Positions 6,940-15,798 of a stretch of DNA of 26,172 bases are shown one piece after another (position 1 is the first letter of the stretch; each line of letters begins with the position of its first letter). Source of the stretch: Clostridia bacterium (GTDB lineage Bacteria; Bacillota; Clostridia; Christensenellales; Aristaeellaceae); assembly GCA_045617125.1 (NCBI GenBank), contig JAZLIA010000003.1, positions 1-26,172 on the forward strand, written 5' to 3'. A model generated the notes under the pieces. It did no database searches, had not been told where the DNA came from, and worked only from the letters and a program-made list of their open reading frames with translations. The position numbers and the translations under genes were made by a program.

Positions 6940-8317
6940 TATGAACATCGGACGCACCCCTATGCCGATGCAGTCTCCTGAAGTGCGCTGCGGCAACTTT
7001 GTCGAAGTGACGCTCGGCTACAGCGAAGAAGAGGCCAGAAAAGAAGCTGCCCGGTGTCTCAACTGCAAAAACCATCCCTGTGTGGGCAACTGCCCGGTGC
7101 ATATCGCGATTCCCGATTTTATTCAGGAAACAGCGCAGGGCCATTATGAAGAGGCCTACCGCATCCTGCATGAAAACAGCTCGCTGCCCGCGGTGTGCGG
7201 ACGGGTATGTCCTCAGGAAAGCCAGTGTGAAAAAATGTGCGTCAGGGGCATCAAGGGCGAAGCCGTGGCCATCGGCCGGCTGGAACGCTTTGTGGCAGAC
7301 TGGCACAACGCTCACGGAAGCGCGGAGATCGCGCCTCCTCCATCAAACGGTCACAAGGTGGCCATTATCGGCAGCGGCCCAAGCAGCCTTGCCTGTGCCG
7401 GCGACCTGGCCAAAAGGGGCTACAGCGTAACGGTGTTTGAAGCCCTGCATGAGCTTGGCGGCGTGCTCCGCTACGGTATTCCCGATTTTCGCCTTCCAAA
7501 GTCCATCGTGGAAGGTGAGATTCTGCAGCTGAGCCGGATGGGCGTGGATTTTCGCACCGATATGGTGATCGGTCGGGTGCTGAGCATTGACGAATTGCTC
7601 AGCACGGAGGGCTACGAAGCCGTTTACATCGGCACCGGCGCAGGCCTGCCCCGTTTCATGAACATTCCCGGTGAAAACCTGAACGGCGTCTATTCCGCCA
7701 ATGAGTACCTGACCCGCATCAACCTGATGGGAGCCAGGAAGGAAAACAGCTCCACCCCCATCATGAAGGGCGGCCGCGTCGTGGTGGTAGGCGGAGGCAA
7801 TGTGGCCATGGACGCCGCACGCTGTGCCCGCCGCATGGGCGGAGAAGTGACCATCGTATACCGCCGCACCGAGGAGGAGCTTCCCGCGAGGAAAGAGGAA
7901 GTCGCCCACGCCCGGGAGGAAGGCATCCGCTTCATGATGCTGCATAATCCCTCCCAGGTAAATGGCAGGGACGGCTGGGTCACCTCGGTCACCTGTCAGA
8001 AAATGGCGCTGGGTGAGCCCGATTCTTCCGGACGCCGCAGCCCCGTTCCTCTGGAGGGACAGACGGAAGAAATTTCAGCCGACACCGTGATCATTGCGAT
8101 CGGCACCTCTCCCAACCCCCTGATCCGCCAGACCACCAAGGGCCTTGACACACAAAAATGGGGCGGCTTCATCACGGATGAGGAAGGCCGTACCAGCCGC
8201 GAAGGCGTATGGGCCGGCGGAGATGCCGTCACCGGCGCCGCCACCGTGATCCTGGCCATGGGCGCCGGAAAAACCGCGGCTGCCAGCATAGACCGGTATA
8301 TTCAGGAAAAGAAATAA
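6932..8317 (+). CDS. nfnB: NfnB-type subunit (GltD-like NADPH-dependent oxidoreductase, 2x[4Fe-4S] + FAD)
   Basis: 461 aa. CLNCKNHPCVGNCPVHIAIPDF and CGRVCPQESQCEKMC cluster motifs, VAIIGSGPSSLACAGDLAKRGYSVTVFE dinucleotide fold, and a second fold VVVVGGGNVAMDAAR. aaggagg lies 9 nt before ATG 6932. The start overlaps the nfnA stop (ATGATTGA). Confidence 0.85.
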   Translation: MIDMNIGRTPMPMQSPEVRCGNFVEVTLGYSEEEARKEAARCLNCKNHPCVGNCPVHIAIPDFIQETAQGHYEEAYRILHENSSLPAVCGRVCPQESQCEKMCVRGIKGEAVAIGRLERFVADWHNAHGSAEIAPPPSNGHKVAIIGSGPSSLACAGDLAKRGYSVTVFEALHELGGVLRYGIPDFRLPKSIVEGEILQLSRMGVDFRTDMVIGRVLSIDELLSTEGYEAVYIGTGAGLPRFMNIPGENLNGVYSANEYLTRINLMGARKENSSTPIMKGGRVVVVGGGNVAMDAARCARRMGGEVTIVYRRTEEELPARKEEVAHAREEGIRFMMLHNPSQVNGRDGWVTSVTCQKMALGEPDSSGRRSPVPLEGQTEEISADTVIIAIGTSPNPLIRQTTKGLDTQKWGGFITDEEGRTSREGVWAGGDAVTGAATVILAMGAGKTAAASIDRYIQEKK

Positions 8318-8330
8318 GTAATAGAAAAAC

Positions 8331-8381
8331 GGATCCCCGCAGCCCTGACCGGCATGAATGCGGGGATCCATTCTTTATTTT
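8331..8381. terminator. Bidirectional terminator between nfnB and the convergent TIM-barrel gene
   Basis: 11-nt arms ggatccccgca (8331-8341) and tgcggggatcc (8359-8369), followed by attctttatttt. The loop is 17 nt. Confidence 0.55.
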
Positions 8382-9169
8382 GTCCAGTTTCTTTCCTTCA
8401 GGTACTTCACCGACTGACGCAGCGCGTCGGCTGTTTTGGTTTCCAGCACACATCGGCACCCGTGATCCCGTGCCGTGAGAAGGCGGGCATTCAGGTCGAT
8501 CTCCCCGTCTCCCAGAGCCAGATGATTCCGGCTCGGCTCCCGCCTGCCATCATGAATGTGAAAGTGGATCAGCCTGTCCGCATGCTTTTCAAGGAAGGGC
8601 AGGTCCTTCTCCTGAGCGCTGCAGCTGTGGCCAATATCCCATGTAAGGCCGAAGACCGGGCTTTCCAGCATCAGCTCCACTGCTTCCTGTTCCACTTCAC
8701 GAAAGCCGTTGGTGTTTTCCAGTGCAACACGCACCCTCCCCCGGGATTCCGCTTCACATCTGTCCCGGAAGGCACGCATATGGTCAAGATATTCATTCCT
8801 GTCCCGATCGTAGATATACAGCTTCCGATCCGGCAGGGTGATATACACCCCATGATTCAGATGCAGGTTTACCAGCGGCGCTCCCAGAGAACAGGCTGCA
8901 CGAATGGCATCCAGGGCCGTTTCCATCCATGCGGAACGCACCCGGGGGTTCACTGCGGCAGGGTCCAGATTCTCATCCAGATGAATGGTGTAAAAAGCCC
9001 CCGCCTGATCCGCCATGCGAAGCAGACGATCGGTATCCCGCAGGGCCTCCGTTTGATATTCGGGAAAATTCATGTTCAGCTCCACAAAGCTGAGACCCAG
9101 TTCCCTGCACAGGTTCAGGTTTTCAGTAATGGACGAAAATTCAGCCAGCGTAGGCATACCAAAGATCAT
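8375..9169 (-). CDS. Sugar phosphate isomerase/epimerase (xylose isomerase-like TIM barrel)
   Basis: 264 aa from ATG 9169 (GGAGG 9181-9177, 7-nt spacing). It shows family-typical blocks: VELNMNFPEY, IHLDENLD, LVNLHLNHG, ALENT, WDIGHS, HFHIHDG. Confidence 0.72.
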   Translation of the reverse strand: MIFGMPTLAEFSSITENLNLCRELGLSFVELNMNFPEYQTEALRDTDRLLRMADQAGAFYTIHLDENLDPAAVNPRVRSAWMETALDAIRAACSLGAPLVNLHLNHGVYITLPDRKLYIYDRDRNEYLDHMRAFRDRCEAESRGRVRVALENTNGFREVEQEAVELMLESPVFGLTWDIGHSCSAQEKDLPFLEKHADRLIHFHIHDGRREPSRNHLALGDGEIDLNARLLTARDHGCRCVLETKTADALRQSVKYLKERNWTK

Positions 9170-9185
9170 TTCATTTCCTCCGTTT

Positions 9186-10163
9186 TTACAGCACACCCGC
9201 CCGCAGCTGTTCCGCCGTGAGAGGGCTCAGATCCCCGGGAGCCACATCAAAAAGAGAAATGCATCCGATGCGTCCTCTTTCCCTCATCCGCAGGATTGCG
9301 CGGGCACAGGCCACCAGCATACCGGACGTAAACTGGGGATTGCTGTCCAGATGCAGGCTGTATTCGATCATCTGCGTGTTTTCCCGGTCGAGACCCGTGT
9401 GTCCTGTGCGGATCACGGAGCCCCCATGCGGCAAAGCGCCATGACGGGTGTGAAGCTCTTCCTCCGAAATAAAATGCACCGTGGTGTCATAATCCGCAAA
9501 GTAGTTGGGCATCTCCACGATCTCCCGCCGGATACGTTCCAGATCCGCCCCCTCCTCCGCCACCACATAGCAATCTCTGGTGTGCTTTTCCCGGGTAGTC
9601 AGCTCCGGCGTTTCTCCGCTGCGCACCCTGTCAAGAGCCGACTGCACCGGCACAGTATATTGCCGGGCATCCTTGACCCCTTTCACCCGGCGTATCGCAT
9701 CCGAATGTCCCTGGCTTACTCCCTTGCCCCAGAAAGTGTAGCTTTTTCCATCCGGCAGCACGGCAGCTGAATAAAGCCGGGCCAGAGAAAAGAGGCCGGG
9801 ATCCCATCCCGCGGAGATCAGACCCAGCTTGCCGCCCTTTCGGGCGCTATGATCCACCCGGGCAAAATGCTCGGGAATGTTCGCATGGGTGTCAAAGCTG
9901 TCCACCACATTGAAGTATTCCGCCAAACGGGGAGTTGCATCCGGAAGGTCGGTGGCGCTGCCGCCACACAGGATCATCACATCAATCTCGCTTTGGTAAG
10001 CAAGCACATCCTCCGCGCTGAAAACAGGGGCGCCCGTCTGAGTTGCAACAGAGGCGGGATCCCTGCGGGTAAAAATGCCAAAGAGCTCGGCATCCTCATT
10101 TTCCCGCACGGCCAGCTCCACCCCTTTGCCCAGATTCCCATAGCCGAAAATGCCAATCTTCAT
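9186..10163 (-). CDS. ddh: meso-diaminopimelate D-dehydrogenase
   Basis: 325 aa, collinear with the Corynebacterium glutamicum Ddh sequence as I remember it: GYGNLG, CGGSATD, SAGWDPGLFS, FWGKGVSQGHSDAIRR, GALPHGG, LDSNPQFT. GGAGG lies 8 nt before the ATG. Confidence 0.9.
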   Translation of the reverse strand: MKIGIFGYGNLGKGVELAVRENEDAELFGIFTRRDPASVATQTGAPVFSAEDVLAYQSEIDVMILCGGSATDLPDATPRLAEYFNVVDSFDTHANIPEHFARVDHSARKGGKLGLISAGWDPGLFSLARLYSAAVLPDGKSYTFWGKGVSQGHSDAIRRVKGVKDARQYTVPVQSALDRVRSGETPELTTREKHTRDCYVVAEEGADLERIRREIVEMPNYFADYDTTVHFISEEELHTRHGALPHGGSVIRTGHTGLDRENTQMIEYSLHLDSNPQFTSGMLVACARAILRMRERGRIGCISLFDVAPGDLSPLTAEQLRAGVL

Positions 10164-10222
10164 GCAGACTGCCTCCTCTGATCATAGTATGCTGTAGAAT
10201 ATAATAATTCCGTTCCGGCCCC

Positions 10223-11017
10223 TCAGACCGGGTCTTTTCCCATCCACTGCTTTTCAGAAACGGCATACTCTTCCTTTTCATCCAGGGCATAGGCAATGTG
10301 ACGGTCATCCTCCGGCAGTTCCTCAGGAAGGTCAAAGCGGCTTTCCGGAACATACAATTGGATGGGCTTCCTTTCCAGGATCACCTTCACATAATCCCCG
10401 ATGCAGGCGAGCTTCTCCTCCAGCAGCACCCCGTAGGTCTCTCCTGCGGGAGAAAAGTGATTATCCGACCCGGCTGTCATCACCAGGCCCTTTTCCCGGG
10501 AAAAAAGCATGCAGCGGGCATCATCCAGTGCGTCATTGCCCCGGTTTGCCACCTCAACGCCGTCGGCAAAGCGTTCGCCAAGCCGAATACGATCCATATA
10601 CCCGCGGATACGGAAGGGATGCGCCTGCACTACGCATCCTCCTGCCGCGTGCACCTGGGTGAGCTGTTCCCGTCTTGTCCAGTGCTCCATTTCAGGATGC
10701 GCCTTCATATATTCCTTGGTAAGGCCGTAGATCAGGTATTCATCCCCGGCAAAATTCTGTTCCAGGCCGAAAAACACATCCAGCCCCAGCTTCTGCCCCT
10801 CCTGATAAGCATCCTCATAACCCTTCCAGAACAGATCCACCCGTTCCTCCCAGGGCAGGGACCGATCCACCGCCGTGTTTCCGCCGAAAAAATGATCGGT
10901 GACGATCATGCCGGTGTAACCGGCTTCCTTATAGAAACGGGCATGCTCCGCCCCGGTGGAACGGCCGCAGGCGCTGCCCTGACAGGTGTGCATATGGGTT
11001 TCATACAGATAGGACAT
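10223..11017 (-). CDS. PHP-domain metal-dependent phosphoesterase
   Basis: 264 aa from ATG 11017 (GGAGG 11030-11026, 8-nt spacing). The track start at 11032 is a TTG inside the RBS. Motifs: N-terminal ETHMHT, TDHF, AHPFR, and GSDNH near the C-terminus. Confidence 0.7.
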   Translation of the reverse strand: MSYLYETHMHTCQGSACGRSTGAEHARFYKEAGYTGMIVTDHFFGGNTAVDRSLPWEERVDLFWKGYEDAYQEGQKLGLDVFFGLEQNFAGDEYLIYGLTKEYMKAHPEMEHWTRREQLTQVHAAGGCVVQAHPFRIRGYMDRIRLGERFADGVEVANRGNDALDDARCMLFSREKGLVMTAGSDNHFSPAGETYGVLLEEKLACIGDYVKVILERKPIQLYVPESRFDLPEELPEDDRHIAYALDEKEEYAVSEKQWMGKDPV

Positions 11018-11035
11018 TTCATTTTCCTCCAAAAA

Positions 11036-11695
11036 TCATTCCCGCCATTTTCCGCTTACAAAATACTGCAGCACGCACCAGGTATAAACGGAGTAAAAAT
11101 GGCCCGCCGGGTCGGTACCCCGCTCAAGGATCTCCTCCGCCTCCCGGGGCGACACCAGTTCAAACCCGTCAAAACACTCGCTTCCCACCGCCCCGCTCTG
11201 ACTAAGCGGGGGCAGTTCCTTTCTTTTCAGCACGGCAGCCACCATCGCGTTGCTTTCATCCGTGAGGCCGGGAGAAGAAAAGCACAGGGGCACGATGGGG
11301 AAAACACGGTCCCGCTCCGTCACATGAAGCCCCGTTTCCTCAAAGATCTCTCTCTTGGCGGCGCTCACAAGCGGCTGCTCCCCTGCGGCATCCTCCGGGT
11401 CGATCAGGCCCGCGGGCGGGCTGAGCAGAAACTGCCCCGTGGGATAACGGTATTCCCAGGTAAGCACCAGCCTGGGCTCCGCGGCCGGGGTGCACAGGAT
11501 CACCGCACAGGTGACCGCATCCGGCAGCATCGAGCAGAATTCCTTTTCGCTTTTGAAGGCGGTAAGATCCTCCTTCTGCCTGCGGGTCACATGATAATAA
11601 TGCTTTCCTTCTCCATACATCAGGTCCCACACCCGAACGAACCGCTTGTCCAGCAGCAGCTCGGCATTTTCCTTTTTCATTTCGGGAGCTTTCAT
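11036..11695 (-). CDS. NUDIX hydrolase
   Basis: 219 aa. Nudix box ...AGLIDPEDAAGEQPLVSAAKREIFEETGL (REUxEExGU present). ggagga lies 9 nt before ATG 11695. Confidence 0.75.
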   Translation of the reverse strand: MKAPEMKKENAELLLDKRFVRVWDLMYGEGKHYYHVTRRQKEDLTAFKSEKEFCSMLPDAVTCAVILCTPAAEPRLVLTWEYRYPTGQFLLSPPAGLIDPEDAAGEQPLVSAAKREIFEETGLHVTERDRVFPIVPLCFSSPGLTDESNAMVAAVLKRKELPPLSQSGAVGSECFDGFELVSPREAEEILERGTDPAGHFYSVYTWCVLQYFVSGKWRE

Positions 11696-11734
11696 GTGTT
11701 CCGATCCTCCGTCACAGACATTTTCTGCCTCTCT

Positions 11735-11763
11735 ATTTTAGGCCCGGAAGCATCCAGCGTCAA
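11735..11763 (-). promoter_or_regulatory. Promoter of the Nudix-PHP-ddh-TIM barrel operon
   Basis: On the - strand: TTGACG (11763-11758), 17-nt spacer, TAAAAT (11740-11735). Confidence 0.55.
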
Positions 11764-11797
11764 CACCTCCCGCATCTTTTGAACAAAACGGATGCAT

Positions 11798-11826
11798 TTG
11801 ATTTATACACCCTGTTCGGGTATAAT
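11798..11826 (+). promoter_or_regulatory. Promoter of the histidine phosphatase / SGNH hydrolase pair
   Basis: TTGATT (11798-11803), 17-nt spacer, consensus TATAAT (11821-11826). Confidence 0.65.
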
Positions 11827-11882
11827 AAACCCATCTGCGGAGAAAGAACCTGCTTCTTTCCCGGAAAGGAAACGCTTTTCAG

Positions 11883-12563
11883 ATGAAAATCTTTTTTATC
11901 CGTCACGGTGAACCCGATTACGTTCACGACTGTCTCACCGCAGCCGGAAAGCTCCAGGCAGACGGCGCCGCGCACCGTCTTGAACAGGAAGGCATACAGC
12001 ACATTTTTTCTTCACCGAACGGGCGGGCGATGCAAACGGCACAGCCCCTGTGCAGCCTGCTCGGCCTCAAAATGACCGTGCTTCCCTTCATGCACGAGAT
12101 CAGCTGGGGCGGGGAGGGCGTTCCGGAGGGCGGCCATCCCTGGACGCTGGGAAGCCTTATGCTCACGCAGGAAAACTGGCATCCCACAGGAGAAAACTGG
12201 GAGGAGCACCCGTTTTTCAAAAACAATGCTGCCCGGGAATACGTCCATTCCATCGGAAATGCTTTCGACAGCTTCCTATTTGATCACGGCTATGAGCGGG
12301 ACGGAAACCGTTACCTGTGTCATGCCAATGAGGAAGAGACCGACGCGATCTTCTATCATGGCGGGTCCGGGGCCTGTGTTCTTTCCCGGCTGCTCAACCT
12401 TCCCTTCCCCTGGGTGTGCGCGGTGATGCCCAACGATTTTACCTCCGTCACCTCCATCGACCTGGATGTGCAGCCCGGACAATATGTATTCGCCCGTCTT
12501 TCCCTGTTCAACGACTGTGCCCACTGGAAAAAGAACAACATTGGCCCTATATTTGATAAATAA
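11883..12563 (+). CDS. Histidine phosphatase family protein (phosphoglycerate mutase-like)
   Basis: 226 aa. N-terminal catalytic FFIRHGEP (RHG motif), SSPNGRAMQTA, and a later H in YHGGSG. Confidence 0.8.
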   Translation: MKIFFIRHGEPDYVHDCLTAAGKLQADGAAHRLEQEGIQHIFSSPNGRAMQTAQPLCSLLGLKMTVLPFMHEISWGGEGVPEGGHPWTLGSLMLTQENWHPTGENWEEHPFFKNNAAREYVHSIGNAFDSFLFDHGYERDGNRYLCHANEEETDAIFYHGGSGACVLSRLLNLPFPWVCAVMPNDFTSVTSIDLDVQPGQYVFARLSLFNDCAHWKKNNIGPIFDK

Positions 12564-12577
12564 ACGGAGGCCTTCTG

Positions 12578-13804
12578 ATGAAAAAGCTGATCTCTCTTTT
12601 GCTGATCATCATACTTTGCTTTATCCTTCCCGCATTTGCGGAGGAAACACAGGACACGGAATATGCCGACATGCTCGCTTCCGCCCAGATGATGAAGGGC
12701 AGCAACGTGCGCCTCAAACGCATTCTGGAAAAAGCCCGGAACGGTGAAAACATCACTCTGGCGGTGATCGGCGGCTCCATCACCGAGGGGGCGGGAGCGC
12801 AAACATATGCGGAATGCTGGGCAAGGCAATTGCTGGACGGCCTCAGGGCGGAATACGGCTGCGGAGACGGCACCAACATTGGCCTGATCAACGCCGGGGT
12901 GGGCGGCACCGCCTCCACCTTTGGCTGGATGCGCTATCAGCGCGATGTGGTGGACCGGGTGAAGGATGATGATGGGCTGCCGGATATCGTGATCATCGAA
13001 TACGCGGTGAATGACAGCGGCGATCCCACCCGTCACGCCTGCTATGAAAGCATGGTGCGCAGCATTCTGAAGGCTGAGAATGAGCCTGCGGTGATACTGC
13101 TGTTCAGCGTGTTCCCCGGCGGCTTCACCCTGCAGGATGAATTGATGAGCATCGGCATGCGCTACGGGCTCACCATGGTATCGATCAAAAACAGCGCCTA
13201 CAAGCTGGTGGGCAGCCGGTGGACCGAGAAGGAGTTTTTCTTTGATCAGTATCATCCCACTTCTCTGGGACATAAGGTGATGGCCGACTGCATCCTCAAC
13301 GCGATCAAAACCGATATGAACCGGGAGACCGACCCCAATGACGTCACCTGCGACCCCGCCCGTTCCGTATACGGCACGGGATATATGGGCATGATATCGG
13401 TGTTTGGCGACAGCATCCCGGAAAACATCGCCTTTGAACCCGGCAGCTTCAACACGGATGACACCGCATCCTACTCCAACATTCCCGTAGGGAGGGTGTG
13501 CGGCAAAAACTTCAGTCACGCAGTGAACGGCGGGAATGACCCGCTCACATTCACCGCTTCCTTCAAAAACCTGCTTCTTGCTTACCGCACCGTTTCCGGC
13601 GGCAGCTACGGCAGCGCCGAGGTTTACATCGACGGCGAACGGGTCATGACGTTGAACGCCGTGCAGCAGGGAGCCTGGGGCCAGAGCGACACCCGACTGA
13701 TCTTCGCAAAAAGCCCCGCGGACACCCACACCGTGGAGATTCGCATGGCCCCCGGCAGCGAAAACAAACGTTTCACGATCACCGGGATCTCCTTTACCCC
13801 GTAA
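12578..13804 (+). CDS. Secreted SGNH/GDSL-family hydrolase with C-terminal beta-rich domain
   Basis: 408 aa. Signal peptide MKKLISLLLIIILCFILPAFA. Block I VIGGSITEG, block III YAVNDSG, block V DQYHPTSLGH. GGAGG lies 7 nt before the ATG, 14 nt after the previous stop. Confidence 0.75.
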   Translation: MKKLISLLLIIILCFILPAFAEETQDTEYADMLASAQMMKGSNVRLKRILEKARNGENITLAVIGGSITEGAGAQTYAECWARQLLDGLRAEYGCGDGTNIGLINAGVGGTASTFGWMRYQRDVVDRVKDDDGLPDIVIIEYAVNDSGDPTRHACYESMVRSILKAENEPAVILLFSVFPGGFTLQDELMSIGMRYGLTMVSIKNSAYKLVGSRWTEKEFFFDQYHPTSLGHKVMADCILNAIKTDMNRETDPNDVTCDPARSVYGTGYMGMISVFGDSIPENIAFEPGSFNTDDTASYSNIPVGRVCGKNFSHAVNGGNDPLTFTASFKNLLLAYRTVSGGSYGSAEVYIDGERVMTLNAVQQGAWGQSDTRLIFAKSPADTHTVEIRMAPGSENKRFTITGISFTP

Positions 13805-14041
13805 AAGGATCGGTGCGATTTTTCAGGGCTGCTTTTCCCACTCATTCGGGCTCCTTATACGGTGATCCCGTGTGCAGCAGATGGGGCATATCGGAAAAAT
13901 GTGAATGGATACACTGTATGGCCGGGCACATCCCTGATCAGGAACGCTTCAGCTGATCGCGGATCGTCCCGGCTGATGCACAAACAGAGCAGGCGTAAGC
14001 TTGAAACGAGATAAATGATCTTCCAGAAAGGCAGCGAGAAC

Positions 14042-15769
14042 ATGAAGAAGAAAAGTTTGAACATCCTTTTAGCGGTCATGATGATCGTGGGCATGATGCC
14101 GCTTTCGGTGATTTCTGCATTTGCGGAAGGCGGGACCGAGCCGGACGGCACCGCGGGACTTCCAAAACTCACTCATGAACATGCATACACATGGAACAAC
14201 GAATTGGGTGCAAACGGAATACACACCCTTGTATGCTCCAATGCGGATGGGCTTTGCGAAGGGCTGACAAAAACCGAAAAATGCACCTATGAAAATGGCT
14301 TCTGCACTGTCTGCGGCGCGGGAGAACCTCTGTGGAAAACCCCGGACAGCGCAAACAAATATATCGTGCGCAATTGGGATGACATCCATAAAAAAGTCGT
14401 TTCCACAGAGCTTGATATTCCGACAACCGCTCAGGAAATCACAGCGGCTACCACCGAGCTTGACTGTGGCTGGTATATCGTTCGCGGAACCTTTACAAAC
14501 GGAAACAGGATCGTTATAAAAGGTACAGCAGGAAACCCGACCAATATCATCCTGCTTGACGACGCTGTGCTTAATGCGGCAGAAGGTATAGAGGTTATCG
14601 AAGGTAGTGGGCTGACCATTTACGGGCAGAAGAATGAAACGGGCAAAATCACCGCACGGGGTCGTCTTTTCAATGCCGGAATCGGCAGCAGCACTGAAGG
14701 CAACGGCGGCACGATCACCATAAACGGAGGCACCGTCACGGCAGAATCCATATTTGGTGCAGGCATCGGCGGCAAGACAGGCAGCAGCGGCGGCGCCGTT
14801 ACCATAAACGGAGGCACCGTCACAGCAACATCTGACAAAGGTGCAGGCATCGGCGGCGGCATGAACGGCAATGGAGGGTACATTACCATTAACGGGGGTA
14901 CTGTCACGGCTTCGTCTAACGAAGGTGCAGGCATTGGCGGCGGTAAAAATGGCACCGACCACAGCTATTTATATATACATGACAGTCTCAGTATCATGGC
15001 AGGCGACGATGCCGATACTGCCGAACCTGTTTCAGCTATACGATACAAGGCCAAGAGGAATCGCTATGTATCCATAACCGCTCCCCACGATCAAGATATC
15101 ACCGGGGACGGCGATCCGGACGATCCATCCGCCGGATATGACATCATTGCCGGAGCCAACAGCGAATGGACGAAGGGAGAGGCTGTGGGACTGCTTATTA
15201 CCTCTGATGCACCATTTGCCAGGTTTGAAAATGTGAAGGTGGACGGCACCACGATCGCACCGGCCAATTATACCGCAGAGGAAGGTTCCACCAAGATCAC
15301 TCTGGTTCCCGCATATCTGGAAACGCTGAGTGTCGGATCTCATTCAATGGAGATCGTTTCCAACGATGGAAGCGCTTCTACGTTCTTTACCGTAAAAACA
15401 ACGGAACAGCCTCCTGTTCCTGCCGCTTACACCGTCGCTTTCAATATGGGCGGTCATGGCACGGCTCCCGCCGACCAGATGATAAATGAAGGCGGTAAAG
15501 CAGTAAAGCCTGCCGATCCCATCTGCGAGGGCTGGACATTTGGCGGCTGGTACGCAGACGCGGCCTTCTCCACTCCGTTCGATTTCAGCACGCTTATCAC
15601 CGCGAATACCACGATTTACGCAAAATGGACAAAGAGCTCCGCTCCACAGACGGATCCGGTAGGCCCTCAGACCGGCGACAACCATCCCATGATCCTGTGG
15701 ATCGCCCTTCTGCTTGTCAGCGGCAGCGCACTTTTCGGAGCCGCCGTATACGGAAAAAGGAAAAGCTGA
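14042..15769 (+). CDS. Cell-wall-anchored surface protein (Cys-rich N-terminal module, GAGIGG beta-helix-like repeats, Listeria-Bacteroides/InlB-B type repeat, sortase signal)
   Basis: 575 aa from ATG 14042. Signal peptide MKKKSLNILLAVMMIVGMMPLSVISAFA. Three and a half 28-aa repeats of the form GG.ITINGGTVTA.S..GAGIGGG. YTVAFNMGGHGTAP....EGWTFGGWYADAAFSTPFDF....TIYAKWT matches the Flg_new / Listeria-Bacteroides repeat. The C-terminus is GPQTGD + hydrophobic helix + GKRKS. ATG 14015 is an alternative start. Confidence 0.75.
   Translation: MKKKSLNILLAVMMIVGMMPLSVISAFAEGGTEPDGTAGLPKLTHEHAYTWNNELGANGIHTLVCSNADGLCEGLTKTEKCTYENGFCTVCGAGEPLWKTPDSANKYIVRNWDDIHKKVVSTELDIPTTAQEITAATTELDCGWYIVRGTFTNGNRIVIKGTAGNPTNIILLDDAVLNAAEGIEVIEGSGLTIYGQKNETGKITARGRLFNAGIGSSTEGNGGTITINGGTVTAESIFGAGIGGKTGSSGGAVTINGGTVTATSDKGAGIGGGMNGNGGYITINGGTVTASSNEGAGIGGGKNGTDHSYLYIHDSLSIMAGDDADTAEPVSAIRYKAKRNRYVSITAPHDQDITGDGDPDDPSAGYDIIAGANSEWTKGEAVGLLITSDAPFARFENVKVDGTTIAPANYTAEEGSTKITLVPAYLETLSVGSHSMEIVSNDGSASTFFTVKTTEQPPVPAAYTVAFNMGGHGTAPADQMINEGGKAVKPADPICEGWTFGGWYADAAFSTPFDFSTLITANTTIYAKWTKSSAPQTDPVGPQTGDNHPMILWIALLLVSGSALFGAAVYGKRKS
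14705..14953 (+). repeat. In-frame tandem repeat, three units of ~84 nt, inside the surface protein gene
   Basis: Units encode GGTITINGGTVTAESIFGAGIGGKTGSS / GGAVTINGGTVTATSDKGAGIGGGMNGN / GGYITINGGTVTASSNEGAGIGGGKNG. The nucleotide copies are visibly similar (e.g. accataaacggaggcaccgtcac occurs twice). Confidence 0.85.
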
Positions 15770-15798
15770 CTGGCGCATGGACAGGGCAAGCTGAAGCG

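Noticed and set aside
8354-9220. 288-aa + strand ORF
   Set aside because: It is antisense to the TIM-barrel isomerase gene, which has a good RBS and family motifs.
10298-11782. 494-aa + strand ORF
   Set aside because: It is antisense to the well-supported PHP and Nudix genes. The translation is Pro/Gly/Arg/His-rich and low in complexity, typical of the mirror frame of GC-rich genes, and it has no RBS.
12356-13729. 457-aa - strand ORF
   Set aside because: It is antisense to the SGNH hydrolase gene, which has a signal peptide and all catalytic blocks. The translation is Ala/Gly/His-rich with no motifs.
13805-14041. Possible riboswitch upstream of the surface-protein gene
   Set aside because: I could not match it to c-di-GMP or other known aptamer consensus sequences, and I saw no terminator or conserved helices.
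14069-14962. 297-aa - strand ORF, and the 111-aa ORF at 14620..14955
   Set aside because: They are mirror frames of the surface-protein repeat region, and their repetitiveness only reflects the sense-strand repeats.
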